A stretch of 64,000 nt of DNA from Rhizodiscina lignyota (Eukaryota), in contig ML978121.1 in assembly GCA_010015805.1 (NCBI GenBank), positions 248,001 to 312,000 of the forward strand. Direction: 5' to 3'. Positions 1 to 12,519 of this stretch are shown piece by piece. The position numbers and the translations under genes were made by a program. Numbering within the stretch: the first letter of the stretch is position 1; each line of letters opens with the position of its first letter. A model generated the notes under the pieces. It searched no databases. It saw only the letters and a list, made by a program, of their open reading frames with translations, and was not told where the DNA came from.

Positions 1-3000
1 ATGGTTGAACGGCGTCTCGCTGCCGCACTAAGGCGTGGTAGGTGCCGCAGAGACGCCGTTGACGAAAGCACCGACACTGACTCAGGCAGGCGAAGGACGA
101 CGCTTCCATTCTTCGAACGATGTGCTGCGTCCCACTGCGCCGTGACGAAGAGGCCACACGGAAGATTTGCACAGCGATCACGCATGTATTGGACGCCATG
201 CCAGGAGATGGGAGCTCTTAGCCCCATCTGAGAGGGCTATCAGCGGGGATGGACAGCGTCGTGGAGTGAGCATCCAATGGCGCGCGATGCCCGCCTTTTC
301 CCGCAGTACGTCCACTATTTGGAAGCAGGCCGGCCGGGCATAACGCTGCTCAACGGTGATAAGAAGCAACGACGTCTCTGGCCGTTTTTTGGACCGCCGT
401 CTCGCGTGGCTGTCCCCACTTTAAGCTTTCCATGACAGCCACGCGAAGTTCTAGCGCGGGCATCTAACGCAATCCGCGTCGTTCTAGGTTGAACCGCATT
501 CGCGCGCTGGGCCGCAAGCTGGAGGCCTTTGGGCTGCGAGTTCGACCCGTTGGAGACGGACGCACCATGCGCTTTCCTCTTTCGGCCGTACTAAGTCTGG
601 AGCGGTCGATCGCAGCCACACGATCGTCGTCGTTCCATCCGGCCCTTTCCAACCACGCTGCAAATCATCATCTCAGCACGATCGATGCCTCGATATGGCC
701 CATCGGCCTCTACCGCTGGTCCGAAGAGACACCTGTCCAGAAGCCCTGGCCTGCTGTGGCTCTGCGGTTCATCCTGGACTGTGGCTAGCCACACGGCGTG
801 TCCGGAAGCAAGTCGACAAGCGATCCCTTAACTCTAACTTAAATTCCGCAACCGGAGGCGGTCCAACTGACTTCCAAAGCGCCCTCTCAACGTTCGTTCT
901 CGAAGACGCCATAGCGCGTGGAACAACCGAAGCGCCGCATTAGGCCGCCCGCGCTACCGCACTCTGACAGCCTTTATTGAACACTAGCCCTTCCGCTCCA
1001 AGCCAGGCGCCACGTGGTGTGGCTGAAGGCCGGGCATGAAAACTGGGCGCAGGTGACTTTCATCGTATGATTTCAGCTGTCAGATTGCGCTTTGAAAGGC
1101 GCACTTGTCGATTGGCAGGGCGCGAATATCAGCGTGCGATGTCTCGGCCTCGCTAGAGTTGTCGGTACCACTGCTGGCATTGGAGCGTCGCATGTTCACG
1201 CTCGACTTGACTCTCCCGAGATCCAACCCCGGCCACTAATGCAGCAGCACAGCCGAGCGAAGAAACTTTTCTCGGGGGAGAAGGTTTTCTCGGAGCATGC
1301 GGAAGTTGTGGTGTGGTGCAGCAAAACGTGGATGTGAACACTATCCGATGCGCTGCAGTGCGCGAGTATTTTAGTGTGTGGCGTCTGGGCCCCTTGCTAA
1401 GGTCAGCCCCATTGGAACGGTAGGCGCCGAATGGCGGAGCTGATGCACGCAAACTCTATCAGATAACCAGTGGGTAGAGGATTTCAGCCAACCTCGCATA
1501 TGCAAAAATCTGGAGAAGAACCCAGGCAGCTAAATGACTCGTAAAAGGCCCGATTACAGTAGCACGCGGCGAAACGTGTCTTGAGGAGAAGTGCTGCGAG
1601 CTCGATGGACATGGGATTTCCATCCAGCATCGCTCTGCTGAAGCCGCGATTCACGTCTCAGCTCACGACGAGACGCCTGACTGGAGCGAGTCCAAATAGA
1701 GCAACGTTTAGCGGTGTGGTCGGCCCGTGTTCGAGACGTACGATGGATCAGATCACATTTGCATGTAAGCGAAATACCTCCAACCAGACGGCTAAAGGGC
1801 CCCTGTCGTGAGGATTGCAGACGGCGCAGACGCATTCGTGAAGTCAGAATTGCATCGGCGGCGTGGTTGTGTAGTGGCAGTGAGCGGAAGCCTGCAGCTG
1901 TTATTGAAGTATGTAGCGCTGTTTTGAAAGCAGTTTGACGTTGCACAGACGACTTCGACGTGCTCGCCTCAGCAGCTGCAGCGGCGATGTGGGCGAGTGT
2001 GGCTGGGGAGCTGCGAGATTCCAGACCCCCGGCCTATCGGGTTAGCCACATCACTAACACCTGCCGCAGCATAAGCGTCTCCCAGCGCCGCGTTCGAATC
2101 GTACCAGAGCCATGGTTGGGCGTACGCGACACTATGGTCCGAGTCGTATGTTAAACATACGATATGCTGCGAGGCTAGACTGCGGTCTGCAGTCAGAATC
2201 TCTCCACAACGAGTTTTATCAGCAGTGCGCGTGTCTCGCGCTTGTGCTACACCCGTGCGCTCGCGAACGGTAACGAATTGTATGCTGCTCCGGACGCGCA
2301 CCGCAGCGCTATCTTTGGCAGCCAGGAGAAGGCGGCAATCCACTTCCCCATGCCGCCCTGGCGCCAGAATGCCATTAGGACGAGCCACATAGGTACCGCG
2401 CCGGATCGGGATCTCGCACGTTCCAAGGCTGTTCCCGACCCTCGCGTGCTAAACGACCAATCCTCACCGCGAATTGGCAACGGATGGCCTGCGGAACCCG
2501 GCAACGGCGCTCTGCAGAAGCGAGACGTGATCGTAAGAGCAAAAGCCGCCTCCTTCGTGCCGGCTCCGGATGCCGCAAGGCACTGTCTGCTGTGCTCGAG
2601 AGCACCACGAGGGAGCCACGAGGTTCTGCAGGGTTTCAGTGCCCTTTCGAGCACCCCCACCGGTCCAGCATGCGACAGCAAGGATCCCGACACGCGATCC
2701 TTCAACGGAGTCATTCGCAAATGGACCTCATCTCATGCTGTGCCCGGTGAATCAGCGGATAGATCCTGCAATGCTGTCTGCGGGCGGTAATGTGTAGCGA
2801 AAGTGGAGCGATTTCACTCCTCGTCCGATCCGCACACCTCCAGACGATTTATTTATTCGTGCAACGATTCACGAGATGCTGGTCAGTATGTTTCAAGCTC
2901 TCAGGGGTGTGATTCCTGTTACAGGGTCGAGGGCAAATGAACAGTAGCGGAGCACGTTGCGAGGGAGGACGCGATGATCCGCCTGATGATCCCACTGCAC

Positions 3001-3124
3001 ATCACAGATCGTTGATTGTGTGGAAGTTTATGACATCAGAATTGGGCCACTCTCTCTATTACAGAGTCGCCACTGACGTGATTTAGCCTTCTGCAGAAGA
3101 TATTGAGACCTGTCACAAAAGCCT

Positions 3125-6100
3125 TTACTGCAGCATCCCCGCGATGCTTTCGCCCATCGTCTTTTCCAACTCCTTAATCCAGCGCTTCGTCTGTCTCTCT
3201 ACCTCCTCATCTCCATCCTCCTGGGCCTCGTTGATGACCGGCAGCATTTGTGACAACATGGATGTCCACTCATCGCCCACGCGGTCCAGGAGCTGGATCT
3301 GACAGCCAATCGCGGCAGCGCGGACTTTAGGACTCTCATGCTTCACGAGCTTCAAAAGCATGTTGTTGATGTACGTGCGCTGATCTCGAGTATATGCTGC
3401 CACTACCAATGCTCGCAACGTCATGACAACAAGAGAAGTAATTGTCGGGTCGCCAAGCGCACAGCGAGCGACTTGGTCGAGCAGTGGCTCAGCAACGTCG
3501 TCGAAACGGCGAGGTCCTTGCCAGAAGTCTATGAGGAATGTAAGTGATAAAGCTACAATTGGAGACGAGGTTCAACTGCCTACCTTGTTTGTCATGCGCA
3601 AACGACACCATCAGAGTTCGCAAGACGGACTTCAACAAAGTCGTATCGGCGATCGTCCTAGGATGAGTTTGCTGGAGCATGTCCCGGGCCAGTGGCAGCC
3701 AATGGCTTGCATAGTGCGTGACCGATGCCTAGACAGTTGTCAGCTATGCTTTGCAAGGTGAGCGCGGTATTACTCACGCCAAATCTGTCCATGAATCTTT
3801 CAAGGAAGCGGAATAAACTCGTAATACGCAACGTGCGTCCAGCTGTGTCGTCTCTCGGCAGGCCCTTGGCGGCCCAGTCGATGACGCTGTGGAAAACGGG
3901 ACTGAACTGTTCATCATTCAATTTCTCAATGGCTGTCATGGCGATCTCGATGATGGAACTGTCGATAGCCTCTAACCGCAACTCCGTGTACTCGTCGTGC
4001 AACGACTCTTCATGACGGAGGCGCCTAACGTCAAGACCTTTGCGTACAAGCGCAAAGATAAGAGCGCGATGCTGTCTAATCCCTTTCTTCTTCTGCGCGT
4101 GTATGGCAGTGTCGATGAACTCGAGATGTCCTTTACATGCCTCAAACCCGGCACGAACGGCATCGTCAAAGTTCCTCTCGAGTGCGGAGAACAGCTCTTC
4201 GGGCTCCACGTAAACGGCGGCAGAGCGACAGAACTGCTGACGAGTTCCAGATATATCCTCCATCGGTTCGCCAGCGGCAGACCAGCGGCAGACATGTAGT
4301 GCCTTGTCCAGGTGCTCAGGAGACAACATGCCTGGAAGCCACCGCGTCACAGCGTCCAGTAGAGTAAACAGAGCATCGCGAAGCGCGGCAAAATTGCTGC
4401 CGCCGACCTCTTCTTCGAATATGTCGAATGACTGATCGAGAACGCGATGAGCACCGGCAATGAGTGGAACAAACTCATCTCGGAGCACCTCGACTGTCGA
4501 TGCGAGAAAGAGCATTGCGTTCAGACGAATTGATGAGTTGGGATACCGAAGAGCTGCATCGGTCGCAAGGCACTCTGCTGCAGCCAGGACCGCAGCTGTG
4601 TTCGTTTTGCCGAACTGCTCTGATATCTTGTCTATACAGACGATGGCGAGCTTCTTCAGCTCCACGGTGTCGGTCTTCTGCAATAGGCTACAAAGATCAT
4701 CCATGAGGTCGAGCAAAGCAGTCGTGGCCTTCTGGTTGACTTGCTTGAGCTGGAGAAGCTCATCGTATAGTGCTGATAAAGCGATGTAGCGAACCTCATC
4801 GTTCTGGGTCAGGATTTGAACCGACACGGTCGTAGCCATTTCCTCAACAGGAACAACCTTATACATGCTCGCAAGGCAGCTCTTAGCTACCTCTAATGCA
4901 CGAGGGTTGGTCTTCTTCAAAGGTTCGCATAACTCAATGATTGCTTGTATCGCATGCGCATATGTCTTCCTCGCTTCATTAACTTCATCGGCTTCGCGCT
5001 CCGGTCCACTGGCGATTAAAATTTGAAGTCGCTCATGGAAGGCTTTCCTGTCGAGAAGACCCTTCATCGCTGAAAGCAGATTACGCTCAACCTCTTGTAC
5101 TTGCTCCTTGGTTTTATCCTTGACAGTCAGCACCACTTCGGAAATTGTTCGTTTTGGAGCATGCAGATCAATCAGAAGGCGAAAGATCTTGTCGAAAGTC
5201 TGAAGTTCAACCTGAGCTCCGAATATCCTCATTAGATCTCCAACCGTCCGGTTTGCAGCAGTGTCGGTTGGATATCGGTCCACAAGCATTGCAACGACGG
5301 CGAAGAGACAATCAGCTGGTCCCAACGTCTTGACCAGATGCTCGAAAAGTGGAAGGCGTCGATGAGGAGGGACGTGTTCAAAGGCCGCAGTGAAGCTGAG
5401 AAGGATACTCGAAAGAGCAATGATGACATCTTTCTTCTCGCGACGACGGGACTCCGCCAATGGCGGAACAATTGTGTCGAGAGTGCGAGTAACTACCCCG
5501 ACCGAGTAGTCATCTCCATGGCGAAGTGTGGTTGAACTCATAAACGTGAAGATGGGCATGACATTATGCAGTACAAGATCGGGTGACCAGGCTGCAAGAC
5601 TTGAGATCAGGTCCAACGTGTTGTTTTGCACAGACGGGCTTTTGCTCTCCCTCACGCAGTCTACCAACGTATCCATGCGAATGACAGCCTGAATGGCTGC
5701 ACGATCCGCATCAGTATCTTGGCGGCTTCTCAGCCTATTCACAATCTTGATCAGAATGCGCGTTGTTGTCTGCAGAAGATATTCCAAACTTGACGAAGCT
5801 CGAGCGTCAACCAGAAGTAGCTCTGCCAGCGCATGAAAAAGTCCGGCGAGAAGGTCTGGATGATAGGTTTCCGAGGCTTCGACCAATTCCAAAACCATCG
5901 CATATTTCGATAAAATTTGCGAGACCTTTTCCGGGGTCAGCTCACTGCGCTGAGATGACTCGAACTTGCTCGTTCGTCGTCGTTTGGATGCGGAGGGCTC
6001 ATGGTCGCGTGGCCCTGCGAGGGGCAGGTTACTCAGTAAAGACGCTAGTGTGCTCTTTGAGAATTTGATGATGTTCAATGTCTGTCGAGCAAGCCTGCGG

Positions 6101-8920
6101 GCATTGAACGAGCCATTTACGTCGTCCTCCCCAGTAGCAACTTCTAGGAGGGGATCCAACAATATCTTTGGCGGCTCCGAGTTTGCAAATTCCGTCTCGA
6201 TGTAATCGAATGCAGGCGGCTGCAAGTCTTGTCGGTTGCTTGGTAGCCTGCCCTGGATAAGTCTCGAGATAAGGGACATCGTTTTTTCATCCTTCTTGGT
6301 GACGGTCTTCAGGAATCCTTTATTGACTTCATCGAGACTCAGAGTGGCCTTTGCAATTCTCGTCGCCCTTTTGAGGTACAAATCGCACCAAGCATTAAAA
6401 GCTGGAATGAGATACTCGGCTCGTGCAGAGTTGGCACTCTTTCCAACGTTGTGCAGGAAAGATATGACCTTTAGTTGAACCGGAAGCAGCTTCGAACGCA
6501 TTGCGTGACTTGCAAGAAACGTAGCAATGGAAGCTCGAACATCGGATCTCAGGTCTGTCTCATCCTTTCGAGATGAATGTAGCCGATCTGAGTGCCCGTT
6601 CAGAACAAGCTCAACAATTCTGTCCACGTATAAAGCGTCGGTAATGCATCCTTGCAGATGAGGGAGAAGAGAACCCTTGATGAAAGACTTCGTATCTTCA
6701 AAAGATAAGGAATGCCCTTTGAATTCCGACGCTTCGTACCAGTCATCGTCGCTAGGAGGGGATCGTTGTCCTTTCAAGCTACTTTTCTTCCCCGAATAGA
6801 ACGCTCTCAGTTCCAAGAGGCAATCCGAAGCTGCTTGTCTGACGAAACGTTCTGGATCTCCAAGTGCACATAAGAGATACGGAATTAGTAACTGCGGGTC
6901 CCATCCAGAGCTCCTGAACGTGGACAACAGGCCAGTCATTGCCTTCAATGCATTTGCACGCAAACTGGGAGGCGTTCTTGACAGAGACCAAGCCCGAATG
7001 AGAAAAGTCATGAGGGCAGTCTCTTTAATGCCCTGGAAAGGCGTTTGCGAACAAATGTCGTTAATTCCACCATCCAGAGTCGCTGCATGGGCCAATCCTG
7101 ATAAGAGGCCGTGATATGATTGTGGCATCTCTGTGAAGAAAGTGGATTCCGAGACCACAACATCCCGGAAACTCGAAGGCGCTGATAGTAGTGCATTGCT
7201 CGTTACGAAAGTTGATGGAACTGCGTCATGCTCCTCTAATGAGCCCGAATCAATGCGTTCCTCGACTGTCTGATCTGGGTCATTTTCTCCAAGGGTATCC
7301 ATGGTATCATGCACTACTTCGACATCGTTGGAGAGATTTTCTGCGCCGTCTACCATAGTCACATCATCGCCAAAGGCCACTACGGACGAATCATATAGCA
7401 TCGACTGTGACATCTGGGAGTCGGCCACAAGGACTGAAGCATGATCGTGACCACTTTGTTGAAGGCGCTGGAGCGATAGCCGAGCATCTGGAGGTAGGTC
7501 TTCTGGATCAACTTTGCCCCCATCAATAGCCTGCAAAATAATTCGACTGAGACGAGGACTTCGAGTCCAATCCACTAGAAGCTTTGTCATGCAGTCCTGG
7601 ACCCTTTGGGAGGCTTCGGTGGGGCTAACCATTCGGTGAAGCTCTCGGAGCAATTTCAGAGAGTCTCGTATGAAATTTTGAACAGCCTTGTCGCCCATTA
7701 AACCCGTTTGAATAATACCTGTGATGTTATGGCTGGATTTGGTCGGTCCTCCTCGCTTCCAGTTTTTGAGCTCTCTGTGGCAGAGTGCAATTGCGATCTT
7801 TTCCACAGCGATCCGGTCTCTTATTGCTAATAGTCGTTTGTAGATAGGCGGATCGCTCAACCCGTTCAAACTCATAGCAACTTGTCGTGAAAGTTTCCCA
7901 TCGCTCTTCTCCTCGGCCAAGACCACCAAGCACTGCATGCCAATGTCTGCTTCAGTTGCACTTCTGAACGTTCTGACGACAGAGAGCATAAGGTCATCGA
8001 CTGTCTCGTCAGGGATCAAGCCTTTCGATGCTATGATGATCAACATTGAGTAGCATGCCAAGTGCAGATCTGGCGCATCTGCCACATTCAATACATCATA
8101 GATTATAGGTGTCAGTTTATTGATGAAATTGCCTTGATCTGCCGATTGACGACCTGCACGTCCTGATTGGTATCTCTCTAACAAGATATGGACTGACTGT
8201 GTTGCAAATCCCGCCCAAAAGGACCCCAACCCAGGCCAATGGAGCTCCTTGCGAGTAAGTTGCACAACGTGGTTGTTGAAGTCCATGAAAATCTGCTGGT
8301 TTCGTACGGCAGCTCTCACAAGCGCACTCCCGGAAAGACTTGTCTGCGCCTGAATGTATTCCCACAAGAACGAATAAGGCACGTCAGGTTGGGCGAAGAG
8401 GTGGATGATCGAGGAGAATATGGGTGTCTCGTGGTATGGTAAAAACGACAGGACGAGAAACTTTGCGTTGTCCTTGTCCTCGTGCAGCCTAGAAGTACAT
8501 CAGTATATCAACCTTACATTTCGTGGTAGGTGAGAGCGTTATGTACCGAAATCGTCTTATGAGCCATTCCAACGCAACCTGCGCGTCTCTAAGTTGAATC
8601 TTGGGAGCCAGAAGACTCAAGAACTCCTCCAAGGTAGCATTCAATTGTCGGACTTCCGGCCTGAGCATTTGTGATCTATCCATAGCTACGCTCTCTTGGC
8701 TAAATATGGAGTGCCCAAACGGTCTGAACCTGTTGTCCAGCTCGCAAAGATTGTTGAAGCTTCGAACGCATAATTGATACAAGTCGTACAGGGTTTGAGA
8801 GGCCGCTTCTTGGGGAGGAAAGATGATCGATCTGCTGTGGGCGACTCTCTGAGCTCGAAGGTCGAGTTGATGCGTGCTCTGGGTCCTCAATGACCCGAGC
8901 TGGCTTTGCAGCGACGACAT
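3125..8920 (-). CDS. UTP10: U3 snoRNP / SSU processome HEAT-repeat protein Utp10 (4 exons: 8920-8547, 8488-3778, 3728-3584, 3528-3125)
   Basis: N-terminus MSSLQSQL..., motif 'ALEWLIRRFR-LHE', BP28CT-like 'EKLNDEQFSPVF..DWA', 'DFWQ', and C-terminal 'LPVINEAQEDGDEEVERQTKRWIKELEKTMGESI'. Three short GT-AG introns (8546-8489, 3777-3729, 3583-3529) join the ORF-track pieces in frame. Confidence 0.93.
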
Positions 8921-9264
8921 GGTGGAGAAGATTGGCTTTCGTCTGGGGTCTGGAAGACGATTATGGCGACATGGCTGTATATCGTGAGTGTATGTGGTGG
9001 AGACTTCGAGGTCACGGCACTGTAAGCATCTACAGTGTGCCTCAAATCTTCCTAGCTCTGGTGGCGCAAATTCAAGAAGTTTTGATGCTCCACGCTCAGG
9101 ATCAAAAGAGACTCGAGGGGTTCAGAAAAATCTTGCGGAACTTGCCGCGACGCGAAATCTTGGCATTGGCATCTCCGAACGCGCCTCTTCAAGCTTCTCG
9201 ATGCAGATTGTGACCTCATTCTCCTTTCACCACACCATGCTTAATTGGCGACGCACGCAGGACA
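8921..9264. promoter_or_regulatory. Short divergent (probably bidirectional) promoter between UTP10 and the NRDE-2 homologue
   Basis: Start codons at 8920 (-) and 9265 (+) are head to head with about 340 bp between them. Confidence 0.55.
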
Positions 9265-12200
9265 ATGTCGCAGCCTAGCAAACCCGTAATACCCAAATTT
9301 GCTAGTTTTCCTGGCAAAAGGCCGCCTCCAGAGCCGCCTAAAGCAACCGAAACCCCCGAACAACGCCGCACTTCACCAGGTCGCGACAAGCACCGGCACA
9401 GGCACAAGTCGCATCGGCATCCCACTGAGGATCCAAACACACGCCCGAGGAAGCGCATTCGCTCCGAATCTCCAGCTCGCTCCGAGCAGAAGAAATATGT
9501 CACGAAGCGCTCCAACGAGAGTTCCCAGTCGTCTCTCTTCGTCGTAGATCTGAAGGGCGATCCGCAGAACGAGCAATTTGGTCGCCTCCACCGAGCCGTC
9601 ATCCCTCAATACCGACTTGTTGGCTATGGTAGAGTGCTTGGTTTGGATAATTCTTGGAGAATTGATCGCGATGCCTCTAGCGAGAGTTACATCACGGTCT
9701 CGACGTCCAATCGAACTCGCGATTTGGATCCGCGTCTCCTAAGCAGCAAGACATGGAAAAACTATAAGTCGGATCGCCTCATCATACCTAAGGCTGGAGA
9801 CATTGGATTCGATGTTGATGATGACTTTCTGCCTTTGCGGAGAAGACATCACTCCAGGCCTGCCGAGGCAGCTGAGGCTGTCAGCGACCCTCTTAGAGAA
9901 GTATTTGACGGGCGAGCTTCAAGAGATGACATTCGATCCCACGAACAGCCACTAGATTCGGATTCAGATTCAGATATTCAGAAAGGCACACAGAACTTTG
10001 AGGCAGAGGCCGCTGCGGGAATCGAGCAGGCAGATAGCGAAGCCAAAAGTAGAAATGCTCTACTTTCAAGCTTGACCACCGCTGAGCCCAACAACGTACA
10101 AGCTTGGCTGGATTTCATTCACCACCAAGAAGAGATGATGATGTTGGGCCGAAGCCGAAACTCTCGGGGAACATCGTTGAAATCATCTGAGCGTCATGCG
10201 CTCGCGGATATCCGTTCTAATATCTATGAGAAGGCCCTGCGAGCATGCAAATCAAACCGGCATTCGCGTATCAGACTCTTGGTCTCCCAAATGGATGAGA
10301 TTGCTGATCTTTGGGAGGGCGACAAACTTTCAAAAAGGTGGAAAGATCTTCTACGCAAGGAACCCGATGCCGCCGAACTCTGGATCAAGTACCTCGACTT
10401 CATCCAAGCGGATTTTACACATTTCCGATATGACTCGTGTCGTAAAGCATTCTTAGAATGTCTCAAAGTCTTGTCTGCCAACATCAACCAAGTGGACCCC
10501 CAAGAAGCGCAACCCCTAGAATATCTGATGGAAACCTTTGCGCATGTACTCGCACGTATGTCAGTAATGATGCACCGCGCTGGCTATAGAGAGCATGCAT
10601 TAGCTCTTTGGCAAGCAATCCTGGAGTTTGGGTTCTTCAGACCCAAGGCGCTCGTCAATGCATCCTTGGAGAAACATGTACAGGCTTTCGAGGAATTCTG
10701 GGACAGCGAGGTCGCCCGCATTGGGGAGCCAGATGCACGGGGGTGGGTCTACTTTTATGAGAGAGGAGGCGATCCTCCCGCCGAACAGCCGCAAATCGAA
10801 GCAGAAAATCCTGGTACCAAGGACGGTTTCGCGGACTTTTGGGAGAATGAGGACCATAATTCAAGGATACTCTCCCATCCTGGACGAGCTTTGGACAAGT
10901 TGGGCGAAACAGACCCCTATCATACAGTTCTCTTCTCCGACGTGCGGCCCGTCCTCAATATCGTACCGAAAACCCTAGAACCTGCGATAATTCTTCAGGC
11001 ATATCTGTGCTTCCTTGGTCTACCTCTCTGTACGGGGTGTCCTACGCTTACCGCAAAGCTTTCATTAGATCCGTTTCTGCAAAGAAATCTGTTAAGGATC
11101 CCAGGTTCACCATCAACTGCGGAGAGGCCCTTCTTGAGCGCATCGTCCTACCTTCAGTCCACTGAGACTCTGTTCTCTATTGCGTTTGATGACTGGGACA
11201 TAACTGACAACGCGGATTGGGCTGTTCGTTCAATCGAAAGCCTCGTTACGGCTATGGCCATAAGCGTCAGCGACTGTGTTATGGAATATCTCGTTTCTCT
11301 GGTGGATACGAGAGAACATAAGCTGCCTGTGCAATCAGACCACGATTATGGCAGCACTACTACAAATGTCTCACGAGTCCTGCAAGAGATCACTCCATCA
11401 AGCCCCAGAATTCACAACGCCGGCGCTATAATTGAATCAAGAAGTGGTCATTCACACTCTAGGGATAACGCTTTTGCGAGTGCACTCGCATGGTGCTCTT
11501 CATTGCCGGAGGATCGCCAGGCCGATGTTGTTTTGCTCTGGCGAACCTGGATATGGGAGTGCTTGCGGACCGAGGATGTACAGATGGCGCGCTCTCGAAT
11601 GCTTCTAGTCGGTGGCAAAAATCCGAATTCGAACGACGATACCATGAAGGATAGTCCAGCCGCTCGGCTCAAGGCTCGTCAGGTATGTGTGTGTCCCACA
11701 TTGATATCCCCAGCTGGGTTTACTATTTGGCAGGGCTTCGAGAAGCTACGCGATCTTGCCCTTTCAAAGGGCCAGGCTGAGAACGCAGTTCTCGCAATTG
11801 AATGTCTCGCGCTGCTTGGGTACTTTGCTGCATCAAATAAGAATGAGCTTGCCCCTGCTCTTGCAGTCTACAAGCGAGCTGAGACGCTTATTGAGGAGCA
11901 TGGGCTGCAAAAATCGTCCGCGCACGAATATCTTCACCAAGCTCGGACGCAGCTCCTCGCCTATCATATAAAGCACAATCGGAGCTACAAACCTGCAGTC
12001 ATCCGTGACGCGCTTCTTGAAAGCATTTCTCTTTTCCCCAGTAACACTATTTTCCTCAACCTCTACTCTTCTAGCAAATCTCAGTTTAGCGTCGAAGACC
12101 GCATCCGTGGGGTTGCAGAAGACGTGCTTAGGACGAAGGCAGGCTCGCAATCCGAGTCTATCATCACTCAAGCATCTGCCATTGCAGACGAAATGCAGCG

Positions 12201-12519
12201 CAGTGTTTCATCGTCCGGCACGGTGCATGCTGTCCATGCTGCATTCGAACGGGCGGTGGAGAGCAAGCTCGGCAGAAACTGTCAACCTTTGTGGGAGGCA
12301 TATCTAGCTTTCGAGCTTTCGCAAGGTAAGATGGATAGCGAGGGCATCAAGAAGCTGTTCTACAGGGGCTTGACGCACCTGCCGTGGTCGAAGAGCTTCA
12401 TGTTACGCGCGTTCGGAGATCTCAAGAGCTGCTTCAGGGAAAGTGAGTTGCGCAGGATATACGAGGTGATGGAGGAGAAGGAGTTGCGCCTACACTGTGA
12501 CTTGAACGATTTCGTCTGA
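9265..12519 (+). CDS. NRDE2: NRDE-2 family (DUF1740) HAT-repeat nuclear RNA-processing protein, similar to S. pombe Nrl1; probable 51-nt in-frame intron at 11683-11733
   Basis: Motifs 'FVVDLKGDPQN..FG.LHR..IPQY...GYGRVLGL', 'PNNVQAWLDFIHHQ', 'LWIKYLDFIQ', 'AGYREHALALWQAILEF', 'FEEFWDSEVARIGE', and C-terminal 'LFYRGLTHLPWSK...IYEVMEEKELRLH'. Confidence 0.88.
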   Translation: MSQPSKPVIPKFASFPGKRPPPEPPKATETPEQRRTSPGRDKHRHRHKSHRHPTEDPNTRPRKRIRSESPARSEQKKYVTKRSNESSQSSLFVVDLKGDPQNEQFGRLHRAVIPQYRLVGYGRVLGLDNSWRIDRDASSESYITVSTSNRTRDLDPRLLSSKTWKNYKSDRLIIPKAGDIGFDVDDDFLPLRRRHHSRPAEAAEAVSDPLREVFDGRASRDDIRSHEQPLDSDSDSDIQKGTQNFEAEAAAGIEQADSEAKSRNALLSSLTTAEPNNVQAWLDFIHHQEEMMMLGRSRNSRGTSLKSSERHALADIRSNIYEKALRACKSNRHSRIRLLVSQMDEIADLWEGDKLSKRWKDLLRKEPDAAELWIKYLDFIQADFTHFRYDSCRKAFLECLKVLSANINQVDPQEAQPLEYLMETFAHVLARMSVMMHRAGYREHALALWQAILEFGFFRPKALVNASLEKHVQAFEEFWDSEVARIGEPDARGWVYFYERGGDPPAEQPQIEAENPGTKDGFADFWENEDHNSRILSHPGRALDKLGETDPYHTVLFSDVRPVLNIVPKTLEPAIILQAYLCFLGLPLCTGCPTLTAKLSLDPFLQRNLLRIPGSPSTAERPFLSASSYLQSTETLFSIAFDDWDITDNADWAVRSIESLVTAMAISVSDCVMEYLVSLVDTREHKLPVQSDHDYGSTTTNVSRVLQEITPSSPRIHNAGAIIESRSGHSHSRDNAFASALAWCSSLPEDRQADVVLLWRTWIWECLRTEDVQMARSRMLLVGGKNPNSNDDTMKDSPAARLKARQVCVCPTLISPAGFTIWQGFEKLRDLALSKGQAENAVLAIECLALLGYFAASNKNELAPALAVYKRAETLIEEHGLQKSSAHEYLHQARTQLLAYHIKHNRSYKPAVIRDALLESISLFPSNTIFLNLYSSSKSQFSVEDRIRGVAEDVLRTKAGSQSESIITQASAIADEMQRSVSSSGTVHAVHAAFERAVESKLGRNCQPLWEAYLAFELSQGKMDSEGIKKLFYRGLTHLPWSKSFMLRAFGDLKSCFRESELRRIYEVMEEKELRLHCDLNDFV

